Assembly (NCBI GenBank): GCA_028534125.1
Contig: CM052816.1
Coordinates: 17,734,001-17,798,000, forward strand
Source of the DNA: Lama glama
Taxonomy: Eukaryota
Direction of reading: 5' to 3'
Length of the DNA: 64,000 nucleotides
A program made the position numbers and the translations under genes. This document shows positions 26,340 through 39,801 of this stretch, one piece after another. How positions within the stretch are numbered: position 1 is the stretch's first letter; the number at the start of each line of letters is the position of its first letter. A model generated the notes under the pieces. It did not search any database, was not told the DNA's origin, and saw only the letters and a program-made list of their open reading frames with translations.

Positions 26340-26755
26340 AGGGTTGGTTCCCATCTTGATGCCTTTGCAGTCCCTCTCCTAGAACGTTCCTCTGTTGGTC
26401 TTCAAAAGAGAATCTTCCTTTTTGTCACATCATGACTTAAATGTCACTTCCTAGAGAGGTCGTCCCTGACTCCTTAATCCATTGTGACTATTCAGGAGCT
26501 CTCTTTTGTCTCACTCTTTCAAAACAAGCTATTTAGCTTTTATCTCTATCTAACATTCCTTCCTTCCTTCCTTCCTCCCTGCCTGCCTGCCTCTCTCCCT
26601 CCCTTTCTTTCTTCTTTCCCTTTCCTATTACATCCTCTTGGAGAATGTCAGTTTCCTAACAGCAAGGACTTCTGTCTTGCCCATCTTCAAATGCCCAGTG
26701 CTTATAGTAGTACTTGGCATGTACAGTGAGTTTCACAAATGTTTGCGGGATTGAT
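26340..26755 (+). mobile_element. L2 3' end containing a (CCTT)n low-complexity tract
   Basis: cttaaatgtcacttcctagagaggtcgtccctgac...gcaaggacttctgtcttg...cccagtgcttatagtagtacttggcatgtacagtgag...aaatgtttg. Confidence 0.7.
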
Positions 26756-29531
26756 GGGCTGAAGTCTTTCCTATGTTCAATACAAACGTGTGTGTCTAGA
26801 GGCAGATGCTCCAGGGACTCCTCCAGCTCTGAATCTTTGTGACCTACAAATAAAAGAGTTATCCAGAGATACTGCTGGCTCAGACAGTTTATTCAGCATT
26901 ACATGAGCATGTCCCTTGGAGCAGACACATGTCAGGGGACTTGGGGTTCAGAAACGATGAGCCAGACTTGGTGCCCGGGCTCTCAGAGCAGGACTGAGTA
27001 GTGACTAAGCCCATGGGCTGGGGACCATCCGCGCGCTCATTCACTGACTGTTTTGGAACCCCATGATATTCCAGACTGTGTGTCGGTGAGGGGCAGGCAG
27101 CAGTGAGGAAGAAAGATGCTATCTGCGGTCTCCTGAGGCTTCTAATGGATTTCGACAGAGTTAGAATCACATCCCAGCTTTTCCACTTATTAGTTGCTTG
27201 ACCTAAGGCAAGTTCTGATTTTTTTTTTCTCTTCTATCAAGTGGAGGTGAGATTGCCTTCACAAGGTAATTGTAAAGGTGGAATGGTTCTTTGTATGGGA
27301 CGTTGCAGTCTAGACACTAGAGGCCTGAAAGCAGACCAGGTGTTTGAGGGCTCATGAGCTGACTGATGTAACTGAAGGCAGGGTGAGTATTGGAGGAAGA
27401 GGAGAGTATGGGCAGGGAAGGGGAACTACATTTTAGAAGGGAGGTTTGAGGCCAGGTTGTGGAAGACAGAGTCATGAAGCTATTTCCTTAAAAAAAAAAA
27501 TAAATTTAGAATCTGTAACTTGAACAAAAACAAGAACATCAATCCCCTTCCTTTAGTGGAAAAAAAAAACCCTTTGCAGCCATTATAGTATCTAAAGATG
27601 ATTATCTCCCTGCTCTGTCTTACCTGCTAGGTACTCAGTATTTATTGCTAAAGAATGAAAATGAAAGCTTTTACTCTTTGTGTTTATTCCACATTTGTCT
27701 TAGGAAACCTCATAGGTACTTGCCCATAACTTATCATTGCATCTGTCTTCCATGTGCAGTTTAGACCTGATTTATATTTTATATTAGCACTATCGGCCTT
27801 AGCTTAGAGTAATGTAAGGAAGGCAATTGGCCATTGAGTGGTACATTGGTGAAGAGATAGGCAGGAAAGAGAGCTAGTTGTGGGCAAGGTTGAAACTGAA
27901 TTGCTTAGCACATGAAAAATTGTATTTTGCAATGATTGAACAGCGTGGGATGCACAAAACAGAGGAACAACAAGAATACACAAGATTTAAGTGATATGGC
28001 ACTTACTCAAGTCTGTAGTGGGAGGTGCAACCATGCTTCTCTCGGCTTGAGGTGGTTTCTAATAGCTTAAAAGGTGTCCCCAAGAAACCACAGCTCCAGG
28101 CACCACTAACTTTGTCATGATTGCTTCGATGTTATTGTTTAAGGAATGGAATTTAATAACCTTGGGAACCAACCCAAGAAAGCAGAAATGAGTCTGCCCT
28201 CATTGGAGAAAGAAAGAACTTGGAAATGAGTAGTCTCCGATTCCCCATTTATAAATCCAGAGCCAAGAGTTTCTGAAAGCAGCGGGAGGGGTGAAAGTGA
28301 TAACAGCTTTAATCTTGATGGTCATACCTGGAGAGCCGCAAAGGCTCTGTAGCTCTTTTGTAAACCTCACCCGGTGCTTGGCACGTGGAGGCTCTCAGAA
28401 AGGCTTTGGATTCTGTAGGGTCAGTTCTCTCAGAAACCTTGGGGCCTTTCACCAGTGGGACTGAGATAGATCCCTGGAACAGATGGCATGGGGAATCTGT
28501 TCCAGGGGACATGGGATACGTTTTTTTATTAACCAGCTTTAACTGGAGCTGCTTTCTGGCCTTTGCAGGAAGAACATTTGTTTCTGAAGTTTCTTTGTAT
28601 GTGCTTTTACTGCTGTTGATTTTCCATCTTAGATATCAGTCTCCTGGAGAGCTCTCCCCTTCATTCTAGGACCCTTTAAACTTGGTTAACACTTTAAACG
28701 CACATTTTCAAAATCTCCTTGGTGCAAGTTTATGTGAATTTTGCATTCTGTTGCACAGTAGACCAATGACTGCCTTAATTTTTTTAAAAGTTTCAAATTA
28801 CTAATTATTATCTAGTAAAAAAAGATGTTGCAGGGAGATTCACTGTGGGTTTACATTCTCCTTAGCCCACCACAGTCTAAGAAGGAAGGATTTAGGTTAG
28901 ATTGTGGAAAACAGGACAAGGAGACCAAGCCATGATAGATACATGTGGTGTGGGACTGCCTATTTCCCCATCTTCCCCTGATTTTTAGACTTGCCGGTGG
29001 GTGGCCAGTGAATGAACACCACGTTGCCCCACTAGAGCTCTGTGCTGAGTGAGCTTCTCTTCCCCAGAATGCCACACTACGCAAGTGACAGCCTTACCTG
29101 GGGATCTGAGAGGTCATGTGAGCATCTCTGTCTCCCATCTGGGGCAGGCATTCCTCAGACTTTACTCTTCTGGTTTCAATTAACACCTGTTCCTGCCAAC
29201 CTCTGTAGGGCAGGGTGGAAAGCAGTCAGTCAGACATCCTCTGGCTGAGGATCAGAAGGCACCAACCTTGTCCAGCAAACCTGCCTTGCTGAACCTTGCT
29301 GTGAATTTATCCCCCACATCCTGCATGTTACCACCATCCCTGGAGTTGAGCCCTTGTCTGCTGGGATCAACAGTGTTTGCCAGATTCTTTCTCCTTGATC
29401 ATTCTCTTTTCTTCCTAATAACTTTTTACTAATAGTGCCTGAATGTCGGCTCTTAGGATACCTTAACCCTCAAACTCCACGGCTCTCCAGTAGAGACTTG
29501 TAAAAGCCCAAAGACTTTCTCTCGAAAAAGT

Positions 29532-29555
29532 AAAAAAAAAAAAAAAAAAAAAAAA
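29532..29555. repeat. Poly(A) run (24 A)
   Basis: Directly visible. Confidence 0.95.
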
Positions 29556-31089
29556 GGTATGACCATGTATGTTGTGCTCTTAGTGAACATAATTTAGGGC
29601 AAGAGAAGGTTTTTATTCTTTGTTTCCAGACTTGTCTGTCTCTGAGATGAGACAAAGCAGAGCATAGCTCTGCCAGAGATATACGAACACCTTAGCTGTC
29701 ATATGTTGGTTTCAGCAGTGGTGTCGATCTGGTTAATCAACAAAAGTTTTCTGGGTAAAGTAGGACCTGAGCTTAATGTTCAGAAAGAAATTTAACGTTT
29801 TTTTCCTGTGGAGTCTAACATTTGAGATTGGAAAGGCTAAATAGCATCACAGCTCCAGGATCTTGAGTCTCTGAAATGCCTGGGGTCCCTTGCCCTTGGT
29901 GTACCTCCCCTTTCTTTATTTGAAAAGCTGGTAGGAGAGATGAAGATGATAACTGAGCACACACCACATGCCAGGCCCCGTGTTCAGCACCTGTCACGCA
30001 TCATCTCATTGGATCCTCATGAGACTCCGGGGAGGTAGATCGGTTGGTTTGCATCTGAATCCTAAAGAAGTGAGTGACCCATTGAGTTCACATCGGTGGG
30101 AAGTAGCCCACTATGCCTCTCCTCTCAAACCCACACCTCTCTGATCCAAACCCTTGGCCTCTTGGCTAAGTGCACTAATTTTTTATTTTGAAGTTTGTAG
30201 AGTTTCTGGACTTCCCTGTTCTTACATGATCAACTACTATGGCTGCAGAATAATGGCAGAATCATGCTCATTAACACCAAAGGAGTTAGTTCTCTGGGAA
30301 AAGCTCCACGTTTTATAGGCATTTTAATTGCTTGAAAGTGAAGCACGGGTACAAAAGATAGACTTTATGAGCTATGGCTATCTTTTAAGTATACCTTTTT
30401 CCTGGAAATACTTGATTTTTACTGTGCTTTTTTATACCCTCTTATTTTCCTAGGTTATGGAACTGGTCTTAGATATTTTAAGTAGTTCTGTCTCCTTTGT
30501 TTGTAAATGTCTTATGAATAATTTCTGTCAGTTACAATGAAATAGAACCCACATGTTTTTACTGTTATAACACTTTAATAAATTCTGGCCATTTTGATGG
30601 ATGAGAAGGTTAAGACTTCTCTATGCATGGTGTCTTGTCCCTCTACTGAGAGTTGTGACCATTCTCAGGTCCTGTTGTTCATGCTGCCTGGTCCCATGCC
30701 CTGTCACCACAAGGCATCATGCATTTACCTAAACAGTGATATGGTACAGTTCTCAAAAACCCTCTCACAGAAGGAACCTCACATCTCATCTGTTCCATCC
30801 CGTATCTTACATCACAGAGAGAGCGAGAGGGAGATAAATTCACTGGCCATCAGCATTGCCTTGGAAAGGAACTTTGATTTTTATATTCATTATAAACATC
30901 ATATAAGTTTATTCACATATCCAAGCATTTGGCTTTGACTTCTGCTGGTACAATGTTTTCATCACAGTCGGAAGTTCTCTTGGGGATCCAATGGATGGGT
31001 CCTATGGGAGGTGGAGAGAGGGGTTTGTACGCCGTTGCTTGGTATTGTACTCGTCAGTTTTAGCCCCATCATAAACTGTTTTCGTGAGT

Positions 31090-31220
31090 GGTGTAGTGAC
31101 TCGGAGCATCATCTTTGGTGTGAGACTCACCTAGGTTGAAATCCAGACTTAACAGCTGTGTGACTCAGACAGGTTACTTAATGTCTCTGTGCCCATTTCC
31201 TCATTAGTAAATTAATAATA
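31090..31220 (+). mobile_element. MIR SINE (5' part)
   Basis: gtggtgtagtgactcggagc...acctaggttgaaatccagacttaacagctgtgtgactcagacaggttacttaatgtctctgtgcc. Confidence 0.75.
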
Positions 31221-32224
31221 AACTGATTTCTATACCAGTTACCTCAGTGGTGAACTGGGATAATATCACATTATTCTACGTGTTGGTGGATGTTGCTATC
31301 TGTTGTCAGCCCCCGATGGGATAATGCGTTATCTAATAACATGCTTCTTTCTGCCTTTTTTCCCCACCTAATTCTTCTCCTCGCCTCTTGTTTTCCCTCC
31401 TCTCCCTCTATCCCACTTTTAAAGAGAAATCAGTTTCTTGGTGAAAATGCAGAGTGAGGGTCCTTGTTGTTACCATCCCAGAGCAGCTGGAGAACCGGGG
31501 AGGGTGTGGGGTGAGAACTTTGAGAAGAGGGCATTGGCTGGCCAGGCTAATAGTATCTTGAGGTCTGTGATTTTATGGAGTGTATTTCCACAGCTGCTCT
31601 ACTCAACTCCTCTTAACGTGTTCTTTTCTAGTGATCAGGACGTATAAATTAAGCCACATTGGACTTAGTCGTGGCCTCTCCTGATGTCTTCTTTTGCACA
31701 TGAGCAGAGGTAAAGCTCTTTCCAGCTACTGCCATTAGTTCCAGCCAGGCACAGGGTGTCCTTAACTCTTCAATCTCAGAGGCAAAAGTGCCATAGTCTC
31801 ACAGGGCTGGACACTTGCTCTTGTCCCTGGTGATGGTCGTGACTTGCATTGTCTCCCTGCTGCTGAGATTCTCCAAGAGGCAGAAGGAGACTCTGACTTT
31901 TGTGGGTGATGTTTCTAGACTACTCAGTGACAGGCCGCTGTGGTGGTCGCCCACAGGTGTAGGGAGTCTGAATTCCTTCACAGTGTATTGCAGGGTTGGC
32001 CCCAGAAGATAGAGGACATTTAGGAGAAACTGAGGACCCTGGTGTGTGAGTGGGTGGAGGCTGGGTCTAGTGCTTCTTTTCAAGGGAAGCAGGACAGGAA
32101 AGGGCAAGGTCATCCCCTTTGCAAGTTGACAGACCTGATTTTGAGCACTCGCTATGACATTTATTAGCTGTGTAGTATTGGGAAGTTACTTGGTGATTTC
32201 AAATCCATTTTCTCATGTTTACCT

Positions 32225-32960
32225 TCCTTTTTCACTTAATGTACCATAAACATGTATCTATTGTTAGTACTTATAAACCTACTTTTCCTTTATAATGCTT
32301 GGACAGTATTTCATAAATGAATGTCTTGTAATTAAGGTAACCATTTCCCTGTGGGTGGTGTTATGGACTGAATGTTTGTGTTGAAGCCTTGATCCTCACT
32401 GTAGCTGTGTTTGGAGATGGAGCCTTTAAGGAAGTATTTACGGTTGAATGAGGTCATAAGGATGGGGCCCCAATACAGTAGTTGTAAGAAGAGACATCAA
32501 AGAGTTTGCTCGTTCTCTGCGTGCACCTAGAGAAACCAATGTGAGGACACAGTGAGAAAGTGGTCGTCTGCAAGCGAGGAAGAGAGCCCGCACCAGAAAT
32601 TGACCATACTGACATTCTGACCTCAGACTTTCAGCCTCCAGAACTGTAAGAAAATACATTTCTGTTATCCAAGCCACCCAATCGATGATATTTTGTTATG
32701 GCAGATGAACATTCAGGTTGGTTACAATCTCCCCTTACTGTGTACCATTAGGATATACATTTTTGCCTAACACGTTCACCAGCTGGGTCGTAGGATGCTT
32801 CTTTTTTCCATTTTTTCCATTGATTATTAAAATGTTCATACATAGCAAAAAGCTGAGGGAATGATATAATCACTTCCCATACACCTATCCAGCTAAGTTT
32901 CATGGTTGTTATCATTTAGGGGCATGGTTGAAAAATTGCCCTCCAGAGAGGCTGTTCATA
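32225..32960 (-). mobile_element. Old L1M(E)-like 3' fragment interrupted by an MLT1A LTR
   Basis: tttttcacttaat...aaccatttccctgtgg resumes after the LTR as atgaacattcaggttg, typical antisense L1ME text. Confidence 0.55.
32359..32704 (+). mobile_element. MLT1A-type MaLR solo LTR
   Basis: Starts TGTTATGGACTGAATGTTTGTG and contains tcagcctccagaactgtaagaaaatacatttctgtt...aagccaccca...ttttgttatggcag. Confidence 0.88.
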
Positions 32961-35900
32961 GTTGATACCACCCCCTGCAAACGCACACATACATACACAC
33001 TAATATAAGAGAGAGGGTACTTTTAGTTTTAACACAGAAAGAAATGAGTCCTCAGACCCTTGGTTTGAAGGGGAAGGTAAAGGTCTCTTTCCAGGAGGAT
33101 ATTTTTGGTCAGATGCATCTTCTTATCCTCTTCCCCTTTGTCCTTGTCTGTCCTATGTCCCCGCCCACCCTCATCCCCCAGTCCTTGGGCTCACACGGTC
33201 AGCCTTCAGTATCACTCAACTGTCTGTCCTATTTAGACACATGGTTATTATGCCCCTTTGTTTGGCCTCAGAGAACATGGCCAACACTTTGATTTGAAAG
33301 CTGAGAACAGTGACGGAGGATTTCCAAGCTGCCATTCTTCCCTAGTTCCAGCAAAATCCGATGGGTGGAATCTCCTGTTTTGTATTCTGTGAGGCTCTGT
33401 TGTCAGCTAGTAAACAAGCCCCTCTGGAGAGGGGGGACGCACGATGCATGCATGGGTTACCATGGGGACAGACAAGCTGTAATAAATGCTTGGGATCTTA
33501 GCTTGATGAGGTTTTAGCAGTTTGGAGTAATTTCTTTGTCAGTCATCCATTAAGTCACTCCTAATGAATCACTGGGAGTGCCTTTGGTCTTCAGATGAAC
33601 CTCCGATGAGCATGGTTTGGGCAGAGAGCAATCTTAAAAGGAACAGGGAGACAACAAAGTGTCATTAATTTGTCAACTCTTTGCATACTGAGTGGCCTTT
33701 TGTCAGAGGAAGTCTCCGTGAGTCACAGGAGTGGATCACAAGTTCACATGACTGTTTTAGACTAAGTCTTTGAGTCTTGGTCAACCCATGTAGACTTGTT
33801 GCCTCCCAGAATCCTTTGCAGCTTAACGTCCCCAGGGAAAGGGATCACAGAGGTGCCTCACAGGAGAAAAGGGGCACTAAGAGCTGACCAGTGGTACTTC
33901 CAGCCTGACACCCTCTCTCATTTGGAGGGTGAGAGTGTGCAGTGTGTCTATTCTGATCCAAGGTCCACTTTCCATGTAAAATGTGTGTAAACGGTTCTCT
34001 CTTCTACCCCTTCTCTAGCAACTTCAGCATGGAAGGGCATGCCATGTTTGTTGTCACTGTCAAACTTGGTGGCCATGGGCCCCGGAGTCCTCACTGTGGT
34101 TTCAAGGCCCCCCAAGATGACGCTGCCACGTTCTCCAGTCCTTTCTTGCACCACCCCAGCCCGAGCCCGCTGCCAGCCTGATGGAACACTGCTGTTCCCC
34201 AGACTTGCTGTGATTTCTCTTACATCTGGAAAGGGAGCTTCTTTTTACCTGAAAAGTTCTTCTTCATCCTATTACCTGGTTAAACTCATTTTTCCATAGA
34301 TAGCAGTCTGTCCAGGAGGTCTCCCCTGACCCACTGAAAGGCTGGAAGAGGTACCTTCCTTGACTCCTGTAACAAATAGAACTCACCCTCTTATTTCCTA
34401 TCTCCTCTATTGAGCTGTGAGCTTCTGGAGGGCTGGGCTGACATCTTGTTCACTCCAGAACTCCCAGCCTCCAGCCTAAAATAAAATGAGCCTGTACAGA
34501 GCAGATGCTCTATGTCTATGAATGGAATAAACCCAAGATGTATCTCTTAGGTGACTCTTAGGGGTCCTTTGATCAGCACACAAAATGGAACATCCTCTCA
34601 TCTCAGCATCTCTGAGGTGGTACCCTGCTCTGCTGTTCTAGGCGTTATGACCCTTTGCCAGTGAGGTTATAGGATGTGCCTACGGGCAGCAGAAAGGCTT
34701 GATTCAGAGTTTTAAAATCAATATAGCTAATTAAAAATTAACTTGTACTGGAAAACAAGTTCAGAAACAATTACATTAAAATATCCCTACCTTAATTGAG
34801 ACCAAGCAGTGAGCTTAAAAAATAAAATTAATTAAAAAAAAATTACACAAAGCCTGTAATTAACTGGCTTTTAAATTCAGTGTTTTCCAGCTTGACAAAT
34901 TTCTGCTTAAATTAATTCATTCTTGTTTTTTTTCTTTGAAAAAAATTTTTGTAGAAGTTACTGAAAAAATTAATTGGACATGTGTCTTTGCCAGTTGACA
35001 CTTGATTGGTTTGTGTGTGGGAGCAGGAAAGATGGCATTAACCTTCCATGCCTGTCTGCTCCATTCTAGGCACAATCTCCTGTTTCAATACACAATGAGT
35101 CCTGCAGTTATTATGGTAGAAGAGGTGGACGGGAGGCGGGGCTTTGGCATCTTGTGGGGATGGCTGCGTCCTATCACCAAGCACGTGCTCTGAAAGAGGG
35201 AAACTTGGAGCACAGTCTCCAGAATTCATTAGGACCTTGACAAGGAAGCTTCTACCCCTGGTCCGGGTTATCACTCACCCTCAGCCCTCTCTCCCTCCGT
35301 CTTCACCTGCACAATTTCCCTGCGGCTTATTAAAGCGCCTTTCAAATTCCACTTATTATTCTGATCTCCTATCAGTCCCTTGAGAAAGTGGAGCCACCCA
35401 GCCCTGTCGGGTATGGGAGGGAAAAGCGAATTTGAGAGGCAGCATTTACATGTAAATGACACACTCCTTTACCATCCTCATCCCCTTTCAATCCCAATAT
35501 TGCTGTTTTTCAAAAGCAAGATGCGTCCTGGTGATTAAACAAACCCTGACAGCTTGATTTGTTACTGTTTTGTTGTTCTGTGAAGTTCGTTTACTCTTAA
35601 ATAATTCCCATGCATGTTTGAAGTCTTCAGATCCTGGTAATTAATTTTTAGCAGACTTGATTTCTGTATGCAAATTGTTAAGTAAGTTTGTGTATGGAGT
35701 TAAATAACTGATGATTTTTATTTATGACTATTTCTGGTTAAAGTGGATTTATTTCTTGCTCTTTCTTTCTCTCTCTTTCTTCAGGAATGGTAGCTTCAGG
35801 AATTGGAGGGGGCTGTTTAGCCTAATGGTAGGGTGTCAGATGGCAAGGTTGCAGAAAGAAAATTGACAGCTACTGGCCAGATGACTCCTTTGGGGTCCAC

Positions 35901-36179
35901 TGCATTCACAGCGGTTAGGCAGAGGACACAGCTGCCCAGGGTCAGCACCCCACCTTCTGGGGAGCGCTAGGGCCGTGTGTGGCACCAGCTTGGGGCAGTC
36001 CTGTGTGGCCCAGCTCAGGGCCCCCTGGCTGCCACTTGCTTTTACTCCTCAAGTTTCATTCTGCCCCAGCATCCTCTCGGGAACGTGGTGCCTCTGGGCT
36101 CTCTACTTGGTGTCAGGTGGAGCCGCACATCAACTTTTAAAAGGAGACTTCTAGGTGATTTTCAGACCGCTGGCGTATC

Positions 36180-36385
36180 GTGGTGAGGAGTTAGGGTTTG
36201 GAGTCAGCCGACTAGGTGTCAAACACCGCCTGCACCTCTCAGCTTCTTTGTGCAATGGGCACACGAACCACAGCCAGCTCTGTGGTGTTTGTGAGAATTA
36301 AGGACGGTAATCCAATTACAGGGCTTAGTTCACTGCCTGCATGTTTCAAAAGCGCTGGGTAAGTGTTAGCTATCGTTCTTGTTAT
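36180..36385 (+). mobile_element. MIR SINE
   Basis: gggtttggagtcagccgactagg...tgtttgtgagaattaag...gggcttagttcactgcctgcatg...aagtgttagctat. Confidence 0.65.
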
Positions 36386-38929
36386 GATCAAGGCTTATTG
36401 TGCACTCTGGGAACAAAATACAGACACGCCAAAAATTCACCATCAGCCACGAGGTGCTTAACCCGAACCACGTCTGTTCTAAGCCCTTAAAAGAGTGGCT
36501 CACTTACCCTCATGACAACCGAAAGCGGTACCAGGTACGGTTACTCTTCCCTTTCACAGACGAGGGAAGGGGTGTATAGAGGCTAGGAAGCAGTGCGGCC
36601 AGCCTTCACCTTGAACCCTGGGCCTAGAGTCTGCTGTTCCCACCAGGCTCAGCTGACTTACTTTCCTTGAGATCGTGCTGCCCACGAGGCCATCTGGATC
36701 CCAGCGTGGACCCTGCAGATCTTTGAAGTTGGCTGCAGAAGCAAAGACCAGCTGAAATTCAGCCCTTAAGCTTGTCCTGTAGTTCTGTGGATCTGGACAC
36801 CCATTACCCTAGGTCAGCCTGGCGTTCCCCATCTCTGAAATCCCCTCCGGGGAAAATCCCAAGGGTTCCAGGACACCTGACGCCTGTCAGGGCAGTGCCT
36901 CGGTGGGCACCTGCGACTGAGGCTGCGGGGCTGGTCCTCGAGTTTCTTGGGATCCGTCCATGTCTTACTTCATCCTTTGGTGACTGGATGTCTGAAAAGG
37001 GGCTGTGAAGGCCAGCGTGGTCATCATCAGTGGTCACCTGGTAGTTGTTCATTGTTCGCTTGATGCTGTGTGAGTCTAGGAGAGCAAGTCACAGCTGGCT
37101 GGACTGCCGCCCTGGGGTTGGGGTGGTGGGCGGTGCACAGGGAGGCCACTGGCCTAAGATGCACCGGCCTCCTGGCCTCTCCTGAGGATGTTTCCAGGAA
37201 GCCAGACTTCCACCTGGGACCAGAAGTTCCTGCTGGAAGTTTCTGGAAGGCCCAGCCTCAGAGGACTCTGAGGGCAGACACAGGCCCCCTGCCTCTCAGC
37301 TCCCAGAGGTGAAACCCTCAGCTTAAGAGCTCAGAGTGAGTGCCCTGTCTCTGGGGCTCTAGTCAGCCTCTCTTTATCTTGCTGCATGTTTCCTGCTGCT
37401 AAGCTCTGGGCCGCTAGGTCCATCCCATCCCCTGGGGAGTCAGCTCTGCTGGATGACTCCCTGGGACCAGGACCTGGGTCTTGCTGCTCACCCGACTGGC
37501 CTGAGAATACACCCAGGTTTCTGTTTGCAGAGGCTGAAGCTGTGCCCTGCACAGTTCAAGCAACAGAAAAATGCCTTTGGATAGCGTGTGTGCAGGTCCC
37601 TGGAGGAATTACCAGCAGCTATCTGAAGAGAAGGGCATTGAGATTCTGGGTCTGGGTGGGCTGATAGGAAGCGTGACTTCCTCCAAGTGCAGGGAGCTCG
37701 TGATCACTGGGGAGCCCAGAGGTTGAGGGGACCACAACGTTTATGACAGCAGTGTGCTGTCCCTGCTTAGGATGCCAGTTTGTTTAACCAAATGTTTGTG
37801 TGGGGAGGACTGGGGAACATTCCCTCCCCAGGCTGTGGAGAGCAGTTATAAAAGATTTATCACCTGATGGGCTTTAGGCCCCGGAGCTGGGAGATGGCAC
37901 AATTGCTTTTGTTTTGCAGAGAATTCCCTGTAGGCTCTTCTCTGCCCTGATGAGCACATGCACCTCAGCCTGCAAGTGCTGATTAGCCAGGGGCTCACTG
38001 CTCTGCCTGTTCTAGGAAATGTAATATACGAACTGCTGTCTTTGGAGACCTTTTCTGCAGTGACTTGGCTGAATCAACGCCTTCCCCACCCCCCACCCCA
38101 TTATTCCCTCCCACAAAGCACACAGTCTAGTCATATTGAATATTTGAGGATTGCCCAGACATGCCTCCCTACCTTGGAGTGTGCTGCCCATCCTGGCCTA
38201 GATTGCCTTTCCTCTCTTTGCTTTTTAAAATCCTACCCATCCCTCAAGATCCAATTCACATATTAATGCTTCATTAATCCCTGCCCCAGAAATTGATCTC
38301 TCTTTTGCTCTCAAGCTCTGTTATCATTTTCTATGCCCGGCATGGCCCTTATCTAATTCTCCCTTGCACAATAAATATTTATATGTCAGCTTTCTTTCTT
38401 CCTGCCTGATTATATTGTAAGTTTGTGTGGCACTGGACTGGCTTGTGCATCCTGAAGTTCTTCACAAAACTTAAAAGAGACTTACTTATGCATATAGTCT
38501 ATTTTGATTGAACTGAAGACCTCAATACTCCATCCTCTGGGACTTAGTACACCGTAGGAAATAAGTAAAATTGGGCACAAAGTCATAAAAAGCAATAGCA
38601 GACAAATAACCAAAGAAGGAAATGTCACTTTTGGTCCTTAGAACACTCAAGATGCTAAAGGATTTTTAAAAGTAATTCCTGCCAAGAAGAAGATGCTGAA
38701 ACTCCCCAAAGCACGAAAGAATCGCTGTCCTGATGCTGAAGAAAAACACGTACCATAGACACAGACTTCCCCCTGGTTTGCATTTTCATCCCAATCACCT
38801 CCAGCCTAAGAAAACGGCATAGAGTGCAAACACATGGTCTGTTTATTTCCCACTCATTTATTTGAGTAGAATTGGAAATTAAATTTCCCAGGAGGTCCTA
38901 ACGCCCCTCTTTGTGTTCTTTTCACTCAG

Positions 38930-39044
38930 CCCTGGACCCATCCAAGGACCCCTGCCTGAAGGTGAAATGCAGCCCTCATAAGGTTTGTGTGACCCAGGAC
39001 TACCAGACCGCCCTGTGTGTCAGCCGCAAGCACCTGCTCCCCAG
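38930..39044 (+). CDS. SPOCK1: SPOCK1 (testican-1) internal coding exon, 115 bp, phase 1 to phase 2 (probably orthologous to human exon 4)
   Basis: Polypyrimidine acceptor ttgtgttcttttcactcAG ends at 38929 and donor AG|GTAAGC starts at 39045. Translation (G)CC-LDPSKDPCLKVKCSPHKVCVTQDYQTALCVSRKHLLP-AG matches testican-1 as I recall it. The exon is absent from the ORF track (short, no start codon). Confidence 0.97.
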
Positions 39045-39762
39045 GTAAGCCGAGGGCTAGGAGGCGCTCTGCATCCAGCAGAGCTGGGGTCCCTGATCTC
39101 TGACTGGGGGACTTGGGGGTGAGGGGGAGCAGGTGTCTGTATCTGTGTCTTGCATGGTACGTAGTACCTGAACTCTTGCTGCGGTATGAATCTCAGGTCT
39201 CAAAGACATGTTTGCAAAGAATGTTAACGTCTTGATTTCCTTTGAATCAACTTTATTTAACTCTGAGCCCTCATTCAAGCAAATGCACAGAAAGTCCCTT
39301 CCTGGCCATTGTGGTGGGGCCTTCCTCCTCCTTGGATGACCCCAGGATCCGGGAAGCTTCTAGCTAAGAAGACAGAAGCTGTACATTTAGTCTCCTGGTT
39401 GCCACTGACATCCTCACTCTGATGATCCTTTGAGGTCCGTTGAGACTGGGGAGGAAGGAGGAGGGCTGTCTGCTTCCATGCTGTATGGGATGTGTGCATC
39501 TTCGCCAGGCTGGAGCCCTGGGTCCTGCCTCCTCAAGACCACTATGCCACCATTCCTCCCGAGAACATGCGTTGCTGTTTCCTCAGGGCACAGCCTTCTC
39601 CAGGCCAGGAGGGAAGGTCTCTCCTCTTCACAGCTGTTAAAGCCTCTGTCTCTTGCCCCACCCATTGCCAGCACGCAGTGGGCTTAGGCTTTCACACAAG
39701 TGACAGAGAGAGCCTTTGCATTCAGGCTGTTTCTGCCTTCAGTCCTGCAGATACTTGAAGCA

Positions 39763-39767
<5 letters not shown>

Positions 39768-39800
<33 letters not shown>
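39768..39800. repeat. (CA)n microsatellite
   Basis: Visible CA run about 720 bp downstream of the first exon. Confidence 0.97.

Positions 39801-39801
<1 letters not shown>

Larger units (their letters stand above)
1..38929 (+). other. SPOCK1: 3' part of the very long upstream SPOCK1 intron; the preceding exon is not in the window
   Basis: I found no upstream testican coding sequence, and mammalian SPOCK1 has very long 5' introns. Continuity across the 500-N gap is assumed. Confidence 0.75.
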
